64,000 nucleotides of DNA from an uncultured Victivallis sp. (GTDB lineage Bacteria > Verrucomicrobiota > Lentisphaeria > Victivallales > Victivallaceae), in contig CALXNS010000064.1 of the NCBI GenBank assembly GCA_944389815.1, positions 810 through 64,809 on the forward strand, in the 5' to 3' direction. Made by a program: the position numbers and the translations under genes. Below, piece by piece: positions 1 through 9,285 of the stretch (positions are counted from its first letter, which is position 1; every line of letters begins with the position of its first letter). The notes under the pieces were generated by a model that was not told where the DNA came from, ran no database searches, and was given only the letters and a program-made list of their open reading frames with translations.

Positions 1-339
1 AACGGCGAAAACTGGGGACCGCGAAACCGGCTGGTGCTCTTCCGTTCGGAGGACAACGGCGACTCGTGGGAAGAGATCCGCGTGCTCGACGCCGAACCCC
101 TGCCGCCGGAAGGCGCGGGAACCGGAGTCGAATTTTCCTATCCGGCAATCATCGTTCTGCGCAACGGTGACGTGGCACTTTCCTACACCTGGAAACGCCG
201 GAGTATTCGTTTCCATCTTTTTCCGGCGGAATCCTTCATGAAATCGCCGCGCCGCCGGAGCCGGAAACAACCCATTCATCCGAATCCACCGCCTTTCCAT
301 TCCGTCCATCCGGCAACGGAAGAGCGTCTCGCCAAATAA
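1..339 (+). CDS. C-terminal fragment of a BNR/Asp-box (sialidase-family) glycosyl hydrolase; 5' end lies outside the window
   Basis: Frame 1 is open from base 1. Asp-box SxDxGxxW is present as 'SEDNGDSW', with a beta-propeller-like 'FSYPAIIVLRNGDVALSYTW'. Stop at 337-339. Confidence 0.55.
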   Translation, partial: NGENWGPRNRLVLFRSEDNGDSWEEIRVLDAEPLPPEGAGTGVEFSYPAIIVLRNGDVALSYTWKRRSIRFHLFPAESFMKSPRRRSRKQPIHPNPPPFHSVHPATEERLAK

Positions 340-358
340 ACAACAGGAGAAACCGCAA

Positions 359-1399
359 ATGAAAACTCTCTGGCGATACGGAGCAAATTTCATTCCCTCC
401 ACGGCAATCAATCAGCTCGAAATGTGGCAGGCGGAAACCTTCGATCCCGCCACCATCGACCGGGAACTCGGCTGGGCGGAGAAAATCGGCATGTCGGTCA
501 TGCGGGTCTATCTGCACGATCTGCTTCATCTTCTGGACCGTTCCGGATTGTTCCGTCGTATGGATCAATACCTGAAAATTGCCGATTCTCATCAGATCAA
601 AACCATCTTCGTCTTTTTCGACGACTGCTGGAAACCGGAGTTCGCACCGGGCAAACAACCCGACCCCATTCCCTTCACCCACAATTCCGGCTGGATTCAA
701 TCCCCGGGCAATGCGGTCGGCAATGACCCCGCACAATGGGGACGGCTGGAAAAATATGTGAAAGACGTGATCTCGCACTTCGCGCAGGATGACCGGATCG
801 CGATGTGGGATCTTTACAATGAACCCGGCAACGGCCGTTCCCCCGAATATGACAATCCGAACGGATTGCGCAGTGCACGTTCATTGCCGCTTCTGCGCGC
901 GGTCTTCAACTGGGCGCGCGACGCGGCGCCGTCACAGCCGTTGACCACCGGATTGTGGTGGTTCGATGATCCCGAATTCGAAGAACTTAATCATCTGATC
1001 GCAGAGGCGAGCGATGTCATTTCATTCCATGCCTACCTCCGCCCGGATCTCTTCAAGGCGCGGATCGCTGAAGTGGAGCACCTTGCAGGCTCCAGAGAGA
1101 TCGTCTGCACCGAATACATGGCCCGCCCCTCCGGCTGTACGTTCCGCGACTGCCTGCCGATATTGCGCGACCACGGCATCTGGGCGATCAACTGGGGACT
1201 GGTGAGCGGAAAAACCCAGACCATTTTTCCGTGGAACTGGAGTGAATCCAAGGGCATGCCGGAACGATTCTTCCACGACATCTTCCACGCTGAAGGAAGC
1301 TACCTTTATCCGGAGGAGGAAGAGATCTTCCGAAAGGTTGCAGCAGCAGCGCCCGCCGTTACGGATTCGGCTTTCCCTGCGCCGTCCCCTCGCTCATAG
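359..1399 (+). CDS. Clan GH-A TIM-barrel glycoside hydrolase (GH5/cellulase-like family)
   Basis: ATG follows 'aggaga' RBS. 'WDLYNEPGN' carries the NEP catalytic-acid motif typical of GH5-like enzymes. 'TEYMARP' is a candidate nucleophile region. No signal peptide. Confidence 0.7.
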   Translation: MKTLWRYGANFIPSTAINQLEMWQAETFDPATIDRELGWAEKIGMSVMRVYLHDLLHLLDRSGLFRRMDQYLKIADSHQIKTIFVFFDDCWKPEFAPGKQPDPIPFTHNSGWIQSPGNAVGNDPAQWGRLEKYVKDVISHFAQDDRIAMWDLYNEPGNGRSPEYDNPNGLRSARSLPLLRAVFNWARDAAPSQPLTTGLWWFDDPEFEELNHLIAEASDVISFHAYLRPDLFKARIAEVEHLAGSREIVCTEYMARPSGCTFRDCLPILRDHGIWAINWGLVSGKTQTIFPWNWSESKGMPERFFHDIFHAEGSYLYPEEEEIFRKVAAAAPAVTDSAFPAPSPRS

Positions 1400-1453
1400 C
1401 CCCGGAACCGGAGCCCCCCCGGAGCCATCCCGGCACATTCCCGGGACATTCCG

Positions 1454-1819
1454 TCATTGAACGCCGAGAAAACGCACCGGAAGAAGAATCGTGTGAAACA
1501 CCAGCTCAAACGGCGCAGCCGCCCCCTCGGTGATATGCCCCACTCCAGTCGACAGCATTCCGAACGGCAACCCCAGCGTCGCTTCACACACGCCCAGCGG
1601 CAGATAAAGAATTTTGAACGCCGATATCCCGATTTTCGCCAACCCCTGCGCTCCACCGGCCAACCCGGTCATCACGTAGGGATGCGTCGCCTCCGCCAAC
1701 CGGATTGCCGCCGGTGCCACCAATGCAATCGTCACCGGATCCATCGCGTGAATCCGCACCGGAGCAAAACAACACATCACGGCAACGCCGATTCCCAGAT
1801 ACCATTTTCGCATCTTCAT
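1454..1819 (-). CDS. Small exported hypothetical protein, last gene of the secretin/ABC operon
   Basis: 121-aa ORF starting 10 nt after the permease stop. N-terminal signal-like 'MKMRKWYLGIGVAVMCCFAPVRIHA', then a Gly/Ala-rich hydrophobic body. No family recognised. Confidence 0.45.
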   Translation of the reverse strand: MKMRKWYLGIGVAVMCCFAPVRIHAMDPVTIALVAPAAIRLAEATHPYVMTGLAGGAQGLAKIGISAFKILYLPLGVCEATLGLPFGMLSTGVGHITEGAAAPFELVFHTILLPVRFLGVQ

Positions 1820-1828
1820 GACCGCTTC

Positions 1829-3180
1829 TTATTCCGACCGCAGCACGGTAATCGGATTCTGTTGCGCCGCCTGATAGGCCGGATATGTACCGAATATCAC
1901 GCCGACCAGACTGGAAATCACCAGCGAAAGCCCGATACTCCACCACGAATACACCGTCGGCATTCCACTGTAATAGGTGATCGTCCGGGCGATGCCGACG
2001 CCGACCGCGATCCCGATCACCCCGCCCAGACTGGTCAGGAATACCGTTTCGATCAGAAACTGCAGCAGAATATCCGACTTCTGGGCGCCAAGCGCCCGTC
2101 GGGTTCCGATCTCCTTGCGCCGCTCGAATACGCTGGCAAGCATGATGTTCATGATGCCGATGCCGCCGACGATCAGGGAGATTCCGGCGATCGATCCCAT
2201 CACGATCGTAAAGATATTCTGGGTCTGCTCCTGCTGTTTGAGCAGTTCGAACGGCACCACCATCCCCCAGTCGGCAATCTCACCGTGAGTTTTCTCCAGA
2301 TAACCGGAAAGACGTTTGGCGGTGTTGTCGATATAAGCCGTATCATTGACCTTCACCAGAAAGAGATCGAACTCCACCCGGATGATTTTCGAACTGCGCC
2401 CTTCCCGATAAAAAGCATAATCCTTGTAAAACGCCCGTCCGGTCGTCTGCGGAATCAGAATCATATCATTCTGTCCGCCGATTTCGGGATACTGGCTTTC
2501 GTAGGGATTGTTGATGATTCCGATAATGCGGTACACCTTGTCATCCACCCGAAGCATTTCTCCGACCACATTGGTGTCGCCCAGTTCAAACATTTCTCGG
2601 CGGACGTTCTTGCCGATGACGCAGACCGGAACGTTGTTCTTGAAGTCCGCGGGCGTGAACCAGCGCCCCTTTTCCAGAAACGCGGGGGATTCATTCAGAA
2701 AATTGATGTCGCATCCGATCAGTTTCAGATTCGTGCGTGTCAGGCCCTTGAGGATTTTCTTGCGCACGTCGAAAAGCCCGATCACCTGATCGACGTTGTC
2801 CATACGCTCAATGTGACTGCGATCGCGTTGCGTGAGCCCGTAACGTTCGATCATGCTTGCCGAATTTGAACTTTCACTCTTGCCCGTCAACGACGGACGT
2901 TTCGAGAATACGATGATCCGATCGATTCCCATCGCCTCAATCTGAGCGAGCGCAGAACGTTTCGCCCCCTCTGAAATCGCCAGCATCGCAATCACGCTTC
3001 AGAGGGGGCGAAACGTTCTGCCCCCTCTGAAATCGCCAGCATCGCAATCACGCTTCCGACGCCGAAAATCACCCCGAGCGAGGTCAGAATCGACCGCACC
3101 TTGTGCATCAGGAGATTGTGCAGCGCCAATCCCAGCAAATCACGTGTGAGCATCATTTCGGCGTCCCCCGCACTTCCCAT
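1829..3180 (-). pseudogene. MacB/FtsX-type ABC transporter permease, split into 62-aa and 388-aa ORFs by a 56-bp duplication
   Basis: The upstream ORF ends '...[23 protein letters not shown]' and the downstream ORF restarts '(V)[22 protein letters not shown]'. The C-terminus has FtsX-type TM helices ('RRKEIGTRRALGA'). Removing one 56-bp unit restores one ORF of about 423 aa. The likely native start, ATG 3156, overlaps the ATPase stop (ATGA). Confidence 0.8.
2953..3056. repeat. Direct 37-bp repeat at 56-bp offset (2964-3000 and 3020-3056) with an embedded inverted copy (3001-3020 is the reverse complement of 2953-2972)
   Basis: Read directly. 'gccccctctgaaatcgccagcatcgcaatcacgcttc' occurs twice. 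'agagggggcgaaacgttctg' is the exact reverse complement of 'cagaacgtttcgccccctct'. Confidence 0.9.
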
Positions 3181-3884
3181 TCGAACGGCGTGTCGTCGAT
3201 CCGCCCGTCCCGCAGTCGAATGATTTTATCATAATGCGGACCGAGAGCCGGATTATGCGTGACCATGACGATCGTCACTCCCTGTTCGCGATTGAGTTCG
3301 TGAAAAAGCTCCATGATTTCATTGCTGGTCTTTTCGTCGAGATTTCCGGTCGGTTCGTCGGCGAGAATGAATGCCGGCTGATTGCTCAATGCGCGCGCAA
3401 TGGCGATACGCTGACACTCTCCACCGGAAAGCTGAGTCGGCCGGTGTCCCAGCCGGTGTCCCAATCCGACCCGTCGGGCGAGTTCCAGAGCCCGTTTCCG
3501 CCGGATGCGCCCCGGGATCCGGGCGTAAAGCATCGGCACTTCGATGTTCTGCTCGACGGAAAGATAGGCGAAAAGGTTGAAACTCTGAAAAATGAACCCG
3601 ATCTTGCGGTTTCGGATCGTCGCCTGCTCCACGTCGCTGAGCTGGCCGACTTCGACGTCTTCGAGAAAATATTCGCCCGCGGTCGGCACATCGAGCATCC
3701 CGAGAATGTTCAACAGCGTTGATTTTCCGCTGCCGCTGGTGCCGATGAAGCCGACGAATTCTCCCCGGCTGACCGTCGCATTGATCCCTTTGAGAACCGG
3801 AACGCGCAGATCGCCGGTAATATAAGTTTTACGTATGTCGATCAGACGGACAATGTCTCCGCCGTGCGCTTCCGTGGTCATCAC
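3153..3884 (-). CDS. ABC transporter ATP-binding protein (MacB/LolD-type ATPase)
   Basis: Walker A 'GTSGSGKST', signature 'LSGGECQR', Walker B 'FILADEPT', H-loop 'VTH'. The start (GTG 3884 or ATG 3881) overlaps the HlyD stop. Confidence 0.9.
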   Translation of the reverse strand: MMTTEAHGGDIVRLIDIRKTYITGDLRVPVLKGINATVSRGEFVGFIGTSGSGKSTLLNILGMLDVPTAGEYFLEDVEVGQLSDVEQATIRNRKIGFIFQSFNLFAYLSVEQNIEVPMLYARIPGRIRRKRALELARRVGLGHRLGHRPTQLSGGECQRIAIARALSNQPAFILADEPTGNLDEKTSNEIMELFHELNREQGVTIVMVTHNPALGPHYDKIIRLRDGRIDDTPFEWEVRGTPK

Positions 3885-5404
3885 GATCCAGCCTTCACCG
3901 TTTGATACGGTCGATACAAATAAACCACGTCGCCCTCTTCAAGTCCGTCCTTGATCTGGACGAAATTGTCATTGGATTCGCCGATTACCACGTCGACCTC
4001 CTCCGGACCGGTCAGAGTCGAACGATAAACGAAAAACCGGTCTCCGTCCTCAAACACCGCCTCCACCGGGACGAACAATGCCCGCTGAATGATTTTCGTG
4101 ATGATGTTGAGTTTGACGCTCATGCCGTTGACCAGGCGGGGAGACTGTTCATCGAGCCGGACTTTTGACTTGTAGATCTTCGGTGACGAACCATCCCATA
4201 CCACCTGGTTGACCGGCAGAGTGTCGATGTGCATGATCTTTCCGGTAAACTTGGTCCCCGGCAATGAATCCGGAAAAATATTCACCACATCGCCGATATT
4301 CACCTTGGTGCGCGACTGTTCCGGCAGGTCGAATTCCACAATCAGATTGGACATGTCCGGTATCGTGATCAAAACGCGCCCCTTGCCGACATCCATGCCT
4401 TCCTGGAGTTCGAGTTTATCCCAGACGTTGTCCGCGTCGCCGTAGATGACCACGCCGTCAACCGGAGCGACCAGCTGCATTTGCTCCATATATTCCTGAT
4501 AGCGTTCCAGCTGTTCACGGGTCCGCCGGATGCGGCGTTTGAGGTTTTCGATCGAACGCTTCTGCTGGATTTCCTTGGAACCGGTCGAGATGCGAACCTT
4601 GCGCAGATTGAGCTTTGCCTGTTCGAATGCGTTGGTCAGGCGCGTCATTTTGCTCGGATGATCGAAGCGGCGGAAGACCTTGCGGTTGTCTTCGGCCTTC
4701 GAGAGCTCCTTTTCCGCCTTGTCGATCGCCGCCTGGGCGGTTTTCAGCTCCTGGCGTTTCTTTTCGGCCGGGTCCTCGTCATTTGTGGTGGAGGGGTCGG
4801 AATCACGCACCGTTTCGTAAGAATTGCGGGCGGTCTCAAGCGTTTCCTCGGCATTGGTGATGGCCAAATCGAGCGAATCGCGCTGGCTGATGCGCTCAAA
4901 CCGACGATATTTCCGGAGCGCGTCCTCGGCTTGAAGGAGAGTTTCCTCGGCCGACTGGAGATCTGCCGCGTTGGAACTGATCTGAATTTTTTCGGATTCG
5001 ATGGCGAGATCCAGCTCCTTTATGAGATTGTCGAGTTCGATTTCCTGATTCTCAATCTGAATCTTCAACGCATCGGTCTCGAATTTCGCCAGCACATCCC
5101 CGGCTTTCACCTTGCTGTTTTCGTCGACCACCCACAAAAGCTTGGTTCCATAATTGGCCTGAAGCGCAAGCTTGTATTTCTTGCTGGCATTCACATAACC
5201 GCCAAGCAGCAACCCGATCGGCAGATCGTCACGGCGCACCCGGAATGTCCGGTCCATGTCGCCGTCTCCGGCGGAAAGCTTGCGTGCGGCCTCCTGGGCG
5301 CCGGCTTTCCGCGCCGGGCGGACGACGCCGAAATAATATCCCGATCCGCCGCAGACGAGCAGCAGCAGCACGATCAGAATGATTTTCCTGCGTGTCAATT
5401 TCAT
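3881..5404 (-). CDS. HlyD/MacA-family periplasmic adaptor (membrane fusion protein) with a long coiled coil
   Basis: N-terminal TM anchor 'IILIVLLLLVCGG', an extended heptad-rich central region and a C-terminal beta-barrel-like segment. The ATG overlaps the secretin stop (ATGA). Confidence 0.85.
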   Translation of the reverse strand: MKLTRRKIILIVLLLLVCGGSGYYFGVVRPARKAGAQEAARKLSAGDGDMDRTFRVRRDDLPIGLLLGGYVNASKKYKLALQANYGTKLLWVVDENSKVKAGDVLAKFETDALKIQIENQEIELDNLIKELDLAIESEKIQISSNAADLQSAEETLLQAEDALRKYRRFERISQRDSLDLAITNAEETLETARNSYETVRDSDPSTTNDEDPAEKKRQELKTAQAAIDKAEKELSKAEDNRKVFRRFDHPSKMTRLTNAFEQAKLNLRKVRISTGSKEIQQKRSIENLKRRIRRTREQLERYQEYMEQMQLVAPVDGVVIYGDADNVWDKLELQEGMDVGKGRVLITIPDMSNLIVEFDLPEQSRTKVNIGDVVNIFPDSLPGTKFTGKIMHIDTLPVNQVVWDGSSPKIYKSKVRLDEQSPRLVNGMSVKLNIITKIIQRALFVPVEAVFEDGDRFFVYRSTLTGPEEVDVVIGESNDNFVQIKDGLEEGDVVYLYRPYQTVKAGS

Positions 5405-6916
5405 TTTACAACCTCACCCTCCTCCGGTGCGCCTGCGGCGGGCACCGGCGTAGACCCGTCATCGGAATTTTCCGGCATACCGGGAGGAACCGGATTGGGC
5501 AGTTCAAACGACTCATGGAGCAGTTCCTGACGGCGACGATATTCCTCGTGTCGGGCGCGCCGACTCTCCGGCGAAGCACTCTTGAGTTCATCGACGAAAT
5601 CCTCGACGGATGTTTCCCGTATCGGGAAGGAGTCCATGTTCTGCAGAGCGTCACCGATTCCCTCGCTGAGGAACGCATTGTCATCCGGGCTGAAATAAAC
5701 GTTATCCGGCACCTGTTCCGGGGGAATGATGTGAATCTTCAAAAAGAAGATCAGCTGCGTCACTTCCTTGGAATAATTTTTTCCGGTAAAAAGCTCACCG
5801 ATCCACGGCAGATCACTCAAAATCGGAACCCGCTGCTGCTGAAGCGTATCACGGCTGTTGTAAAGTCCACCCATCATCACGACCTGACCGCTCTGCATGC
5901 GCAGATGGGTTTCGACGCTGCGCACCGCGATCACCGGCACGGAGTAGCTCGATGCGCCGGTGCCGCTTCCGGTGGTGATGGTTTCGTAACGCGTCACATT
6001 CGACACCTGGGGATAAACACGCAACGTCACGTTATCATCGTTGATGATCTTCGGCTCGACCTCCAGCTCAACGCCGACGTTTTTGAATTTGGTGGTGATG
6101 CTGAGGTTGCTGCTCACGGTGTTGGCCTCCTGAATCGGGATGTCCTCACCGGTGACGATCCTGGAAATCTCATTGCGTGACAGCAGGATGTTCGGACTCG
6201 AAAGCACTTTGGCGTCCTGAGCGGTCAGCAGCCACTGAAATGCGATGTTGAGATTGTCTTTTCCCTGAATCACATTCCAGTTTCCGCTGGCGCCCTGAGT
6301 CGGCTGGACGGATTGTCCGGGCACCTCGGTCTGAGCGCCGACGCTGCCGCGGTTGTTGGAGAACATCATCGACAAATTCCGCTGCATCCCGTCGGAAAAG
6401 AGCACTTCGACCACCTTCGCTTCGATCAGCACCTGCGAAGAGGGCACGTCGGCGGCTTCGAGAATGGCGCGATACTGTTCGATTTCAGCGGACGGGGCGT
6501 TGATCATCAAGACGTTCTGTTCGGTGACCACATCGACGTAAACCGTCCCGAAAACGATGCTGTCGAGCGCCTTATACAACTCTTTCGCCGACGTGAACCG
6601 CGGCCGGAACACCAAAACCGAGCGTCCCTCTTCTCCGGCAATCACCCGGGAATACGCGGGGGCAACCTTTCGGGGGGGGGGTGGTCAGTATCGGACGTTC
6701 AGAATTCTCCTCGAAAAGCGCGGCGAGTTCGTCGACGACATTTCGCACGTTGCGCTTTCCCTGTTCGATATCGGCCTCGGTGCGAACGACCACCGGAACG
6801 TCTTTCTCAGCGGCATTCTCCTCTTCCGCGCCCGCCGGCAGGACGGGGAGCAGAAAAGCAGTCAGAAAAAGCTGCCATGAAACAGCCGGACGGATGAAGC
6901 GGAGCCGAATAAACAT
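5401..6916 (-). pseudogene. Secretin (GspD/PilQ/CpaC-family outer-membrane channel), frameshifted in a homopolymer
   Basis: C-terminal secretin-domain motifs 'VLSSPNILLSRNE', 'GEDIPI' and 'VPILSDLPWIGELF'. The signal peptide and N-terminal part ('MFIRLRFIRPAVSWQLFLTAFLLPVLPAGA', ATG at 6916) are in a different frame. The two frames join across the G10 run at 6672-6681 if one base is removed, giving '...ILTTPPPRKVAPAYSRVIAGEEGRS...'. Confidence 0.8.
6672..6681. repeat. G10 (C10 on the coding strand) homopolymer at the secretin frameshift site
   Basis: Counted directly in 'ctttcggggggggggtggtc'. Confidence 0.95.
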
Positions 6917-7228
6917 TGTCGAAATCCCTGTTTTCTTAACCTTACTCTCTATACACAAAACAAAACCAAACCAAATACAATCGAACAAACAGGGGGAAAC
7001 ACAAAACGACAAAAGAGAAGCGTTGATTGCCAGGCCGTCCCCCAACTGCCGGAATCCCGCTGAAAATGAATACAGAAAACGTTCTTTTTAATGTCGGTAA
7101 TATAACGGCAGCCAAATCATTTTCAAGACCATTCCGCGATTTTTTTTTAAATTTCCAGGTGTGACGAAGATTGGAACCGTTCTTGTTCAAAGGAGTTTGC
7201 CGGAATGAAAATTCCAACATGAAAATTA

Positions 7229-8926
7229 TTGACCGAAAATTACGGCAGTCTGTCGTTGAAAAACAAAAAATATTATGATATATTTGCCTATATTCTGCGG
7301 TATCAATTTCAATCCAGGTTCAAAAGCGGCATGAAGAATAAACTGTATGATTTTTACAAGGCGACGGAGTTGAAGATTGTAAATTTCGCCCACCGCTTCG
7401 GGAGTTTGCGACTTCGAACACAAAGTCTGTGGATTCTGCTTTTTCTATTATTCGTCATTTTGTGCAACCTCCAATTCATAGCCAAGGGGGGGGATGCGAT
7501 TCACAAGTGGTTTATGGTTCGGCTCTATCTGGAGCACGGCACCTTTTTCCCCATTCAACCGGATCACCATCTATTGCGCTGGGGACTCATGTGGCCGGTC
7601 ATCGGAGTGTGCAAATTGCTTGGCGCCTCCATTTACTGTTATTATTTATATCCCCTCTTCTGCTACTGTGCCGGCGGACTGTTGTTTTTCTGGCTTGGAC
7701 GGCAGATTCTCAGCCGCGAAACGGCTCCGTTTGCGGTATTGCTTTACGCGTTTTATCCCGTCATCATTCACGAAGGGACACAATTTCTGCCGCTGGTGCC
7801 GGCCACAATGTGGATTTTGATGACTCTTCTCTTCACTTTACGCTTTCTCGACGGCAAACAGAAGAATCCCTTATGGATGGTGGCGGCGGGAGCGGCACTG
7901 GTTTTCGCGTACGGCTGCAAGGAGACATCTTTTTTCTGGGCTCCGGGAATTTTTCTTTTTCTGGCATTTTCCCCTGCTGAAAAAGAGTGTTTGCACTGGA
8001 AAAAATTTCATGTCACCTGGGGAATGCTTCTCTTTTTTCTCACGTGCATCGGCGGAATGGGAATTGAAACTTTGATAATCAACCAGATTTACGACTGTAC
8101 TCTGGGGCGTTATGAACTCCTGCTCGGATCCCATCTGCTGGGGGATACCCAACAGGGAAATTACGCCACAATCTGGAGTTATCCCTTCAGTTTTCTCAGA
8201 CAATTCTCATGGCATGGCAAATATTATCAATTCCTGCCTCAGAACATTTCCATACTCATGGGATTGACCGGAGCTTTTTTTATTCTTAAATATCACCATG
8301 AAATCAGAAGGCGTTTTCTTGCCGTCGCCTTTCTCGGAGCGTACCTGTGTCACTGTTATGTCATTTTCAAGATTAATCCCATCAGTTATCCGGAACTGGT
8401 CATCCATCGTTATCTGATCGCCGTGCTCTGTGTCGGTTTCCTTCTGTTCTGCGCTTCGCTTCCCGACTTGAAAAAATGGTGTTGCGCAGGGCGTGCATGG
8501 CGCCGGATTCTCGTCGTTTCACTCGGCGGAATCTGGCTGATTACGGTGGCCATTTACAACATCAACGCCCGGCTGCAGGACGGCAATCTCTTTCAATTGG
8601 AGCAAATGCGCAGAACGATTCCGGCGGCCCTCAAAAACGGAGACGCCGTAGGAGTTGTTACAGAGCGTAAAAAAATCGCCCCCGACATAGATAATCGCGT
8701 CCTGCCCGATAAATGGGGGCTGCTCCATCTGCGCTGCTGGGGAGACACTCAAATGTTCTTTGAACTCCAGAAAAAACGCTGCACCTACACCCCATACGGC
8801 AAAAAGCAGGTCATCGTCTGGCTGAGTGCTCCCCGTGAAGGGAAACGCCGATTCGTTTTGGATGAATACTCCATCATCCGGGACCGGGATCTCCCTTCGC
8901 CTGACTTTGCGAACGGCTCTAAGTAA
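7229..8926 (+). CDS. Polytopic membrane glycosyltransferase, GT39/GT83 (ArnT/PMT)-like
   Basis: Many TM helices, with 'LLYAFYPVIIHEGTQF' and 'FAYGCKETSFFW' segments typical of ArnT/PMT-like proteins and a C-terminal soluble tail. The ORF starts at TTG 7229; the first ATG (7331, 'MKNKLYDF') is an alternative start. Visibly lower GC than its neighbours. Confidence 0.6.
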   Translation: MTENYGSLSLKNKKYYDIFAYILRYQFQSRFKSGMKNKLYDFYKATELKIVNFAHRFGSLRLRTQSLWILLFLLFVILCNLQFIAKGGDAIHKWFMVRLYLEHGTFFPIQPDHHLLRWGLMWPVIGVCKLLGASIYCYYLYPLFCYCAGGLLFFWLGRQILSRETAPFAVLLYAFYPVIIHEGTQFLPLVPATMWILMTLLFTLRFLDGKQKNPLWMVAAGAALVFAYGCKETSFFWAPGIFLFLAFSPAEKECLHWKKFHVTWGMLLFFLTCIGGMGIETLIINQIYDCTLGRYELLLGSHLLGDTQQGNYATIWSYPFSFLRQFSWHGKYYQFLPQNISILMGLTGAFFILKYHHEIRRRFLAVAFLGAYLCHCYVIFKINPISYPELVIHRYLIAVLCVGFLLFCASLPDLKKWCCAGRAWRRILVVSLGGIWLITVAIYNINARLQDGNLFQLEQMRRTIPAALKNGDAVGVVTERKKIAPDIDNRVLPDKWGLLHLRCWGDTQMFFELQKKRCTYTPYGKKQVIVWLSAPREGKRRFVLDEYSIIRDRDLPSPDFANGSK

Positions 8927-9285
8927 AAAATCTCATTTGCGGCAATTCGGAACTGACTGGTCTGGAGTATCATACCTCCGCCCCGAACCGGTCGTTTTAT
9001 TCCTGCCCGGATCAATAACGCATTGAGAATTCATCTGTATTCAAATCTGGTGTTCCCGCTCCTTTCATCAATTCCACGTCCGGCCTGCGCCTGCAGATGT
9101 CGTCCTCTCCGCATCAACCGCGAATTTCCGGGAATAATAGAACAAAATCTTCCGCATTTTCAATGAAAACAACCTCAAAAATCAGAAACATTGCAAAAAA
9201 GCAATCTTTTTTTCAAAAGGGACTGGACAACTGCGCCGAATCGATTATCTTAAATATAAAGGACACCGATTGCAACCCGAATTGA

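Noticed and set aside
1457-2869. 470-aa ORF on the + strand
   Set aside because: It is antisense to the FtsX/MacB permease. The composition is Arg/His/Pro-rich and low-complexity, typical of a high-GC antisense frame, with no motif.
3440-3463. Perfect tandem 12-bp repeat 'gccggtgtccca' x2 inside the ABC ATPase gene
   Set aside because: It encodes '[10 protein letters not shown]', which has the same length and pattern as the usual 'GL.DRL.H.P' segment before the LSGG signature. It is most likely a chance or ancient repeat, not an insertion, and the frame is intact.
6955-7020. A/C-rich low-complexity tract ('caaaacaaaaccaaaccaaatacaa...') in the secretin 5' leader / divergent promoter region
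   Set aside because: It has no clear repeat unit or pairing potential and is probably just AT-rich promoter or leader DNA. Noted, but no function could be supported.
9190-9213. Hairpin 'attgc-a6-gcaat' followed by T7 upstream of the GT2 gene
   Set aside because: The stem is only 5 bp and AT-rich, too weak to call a terminator or attenuator from sequence alone.
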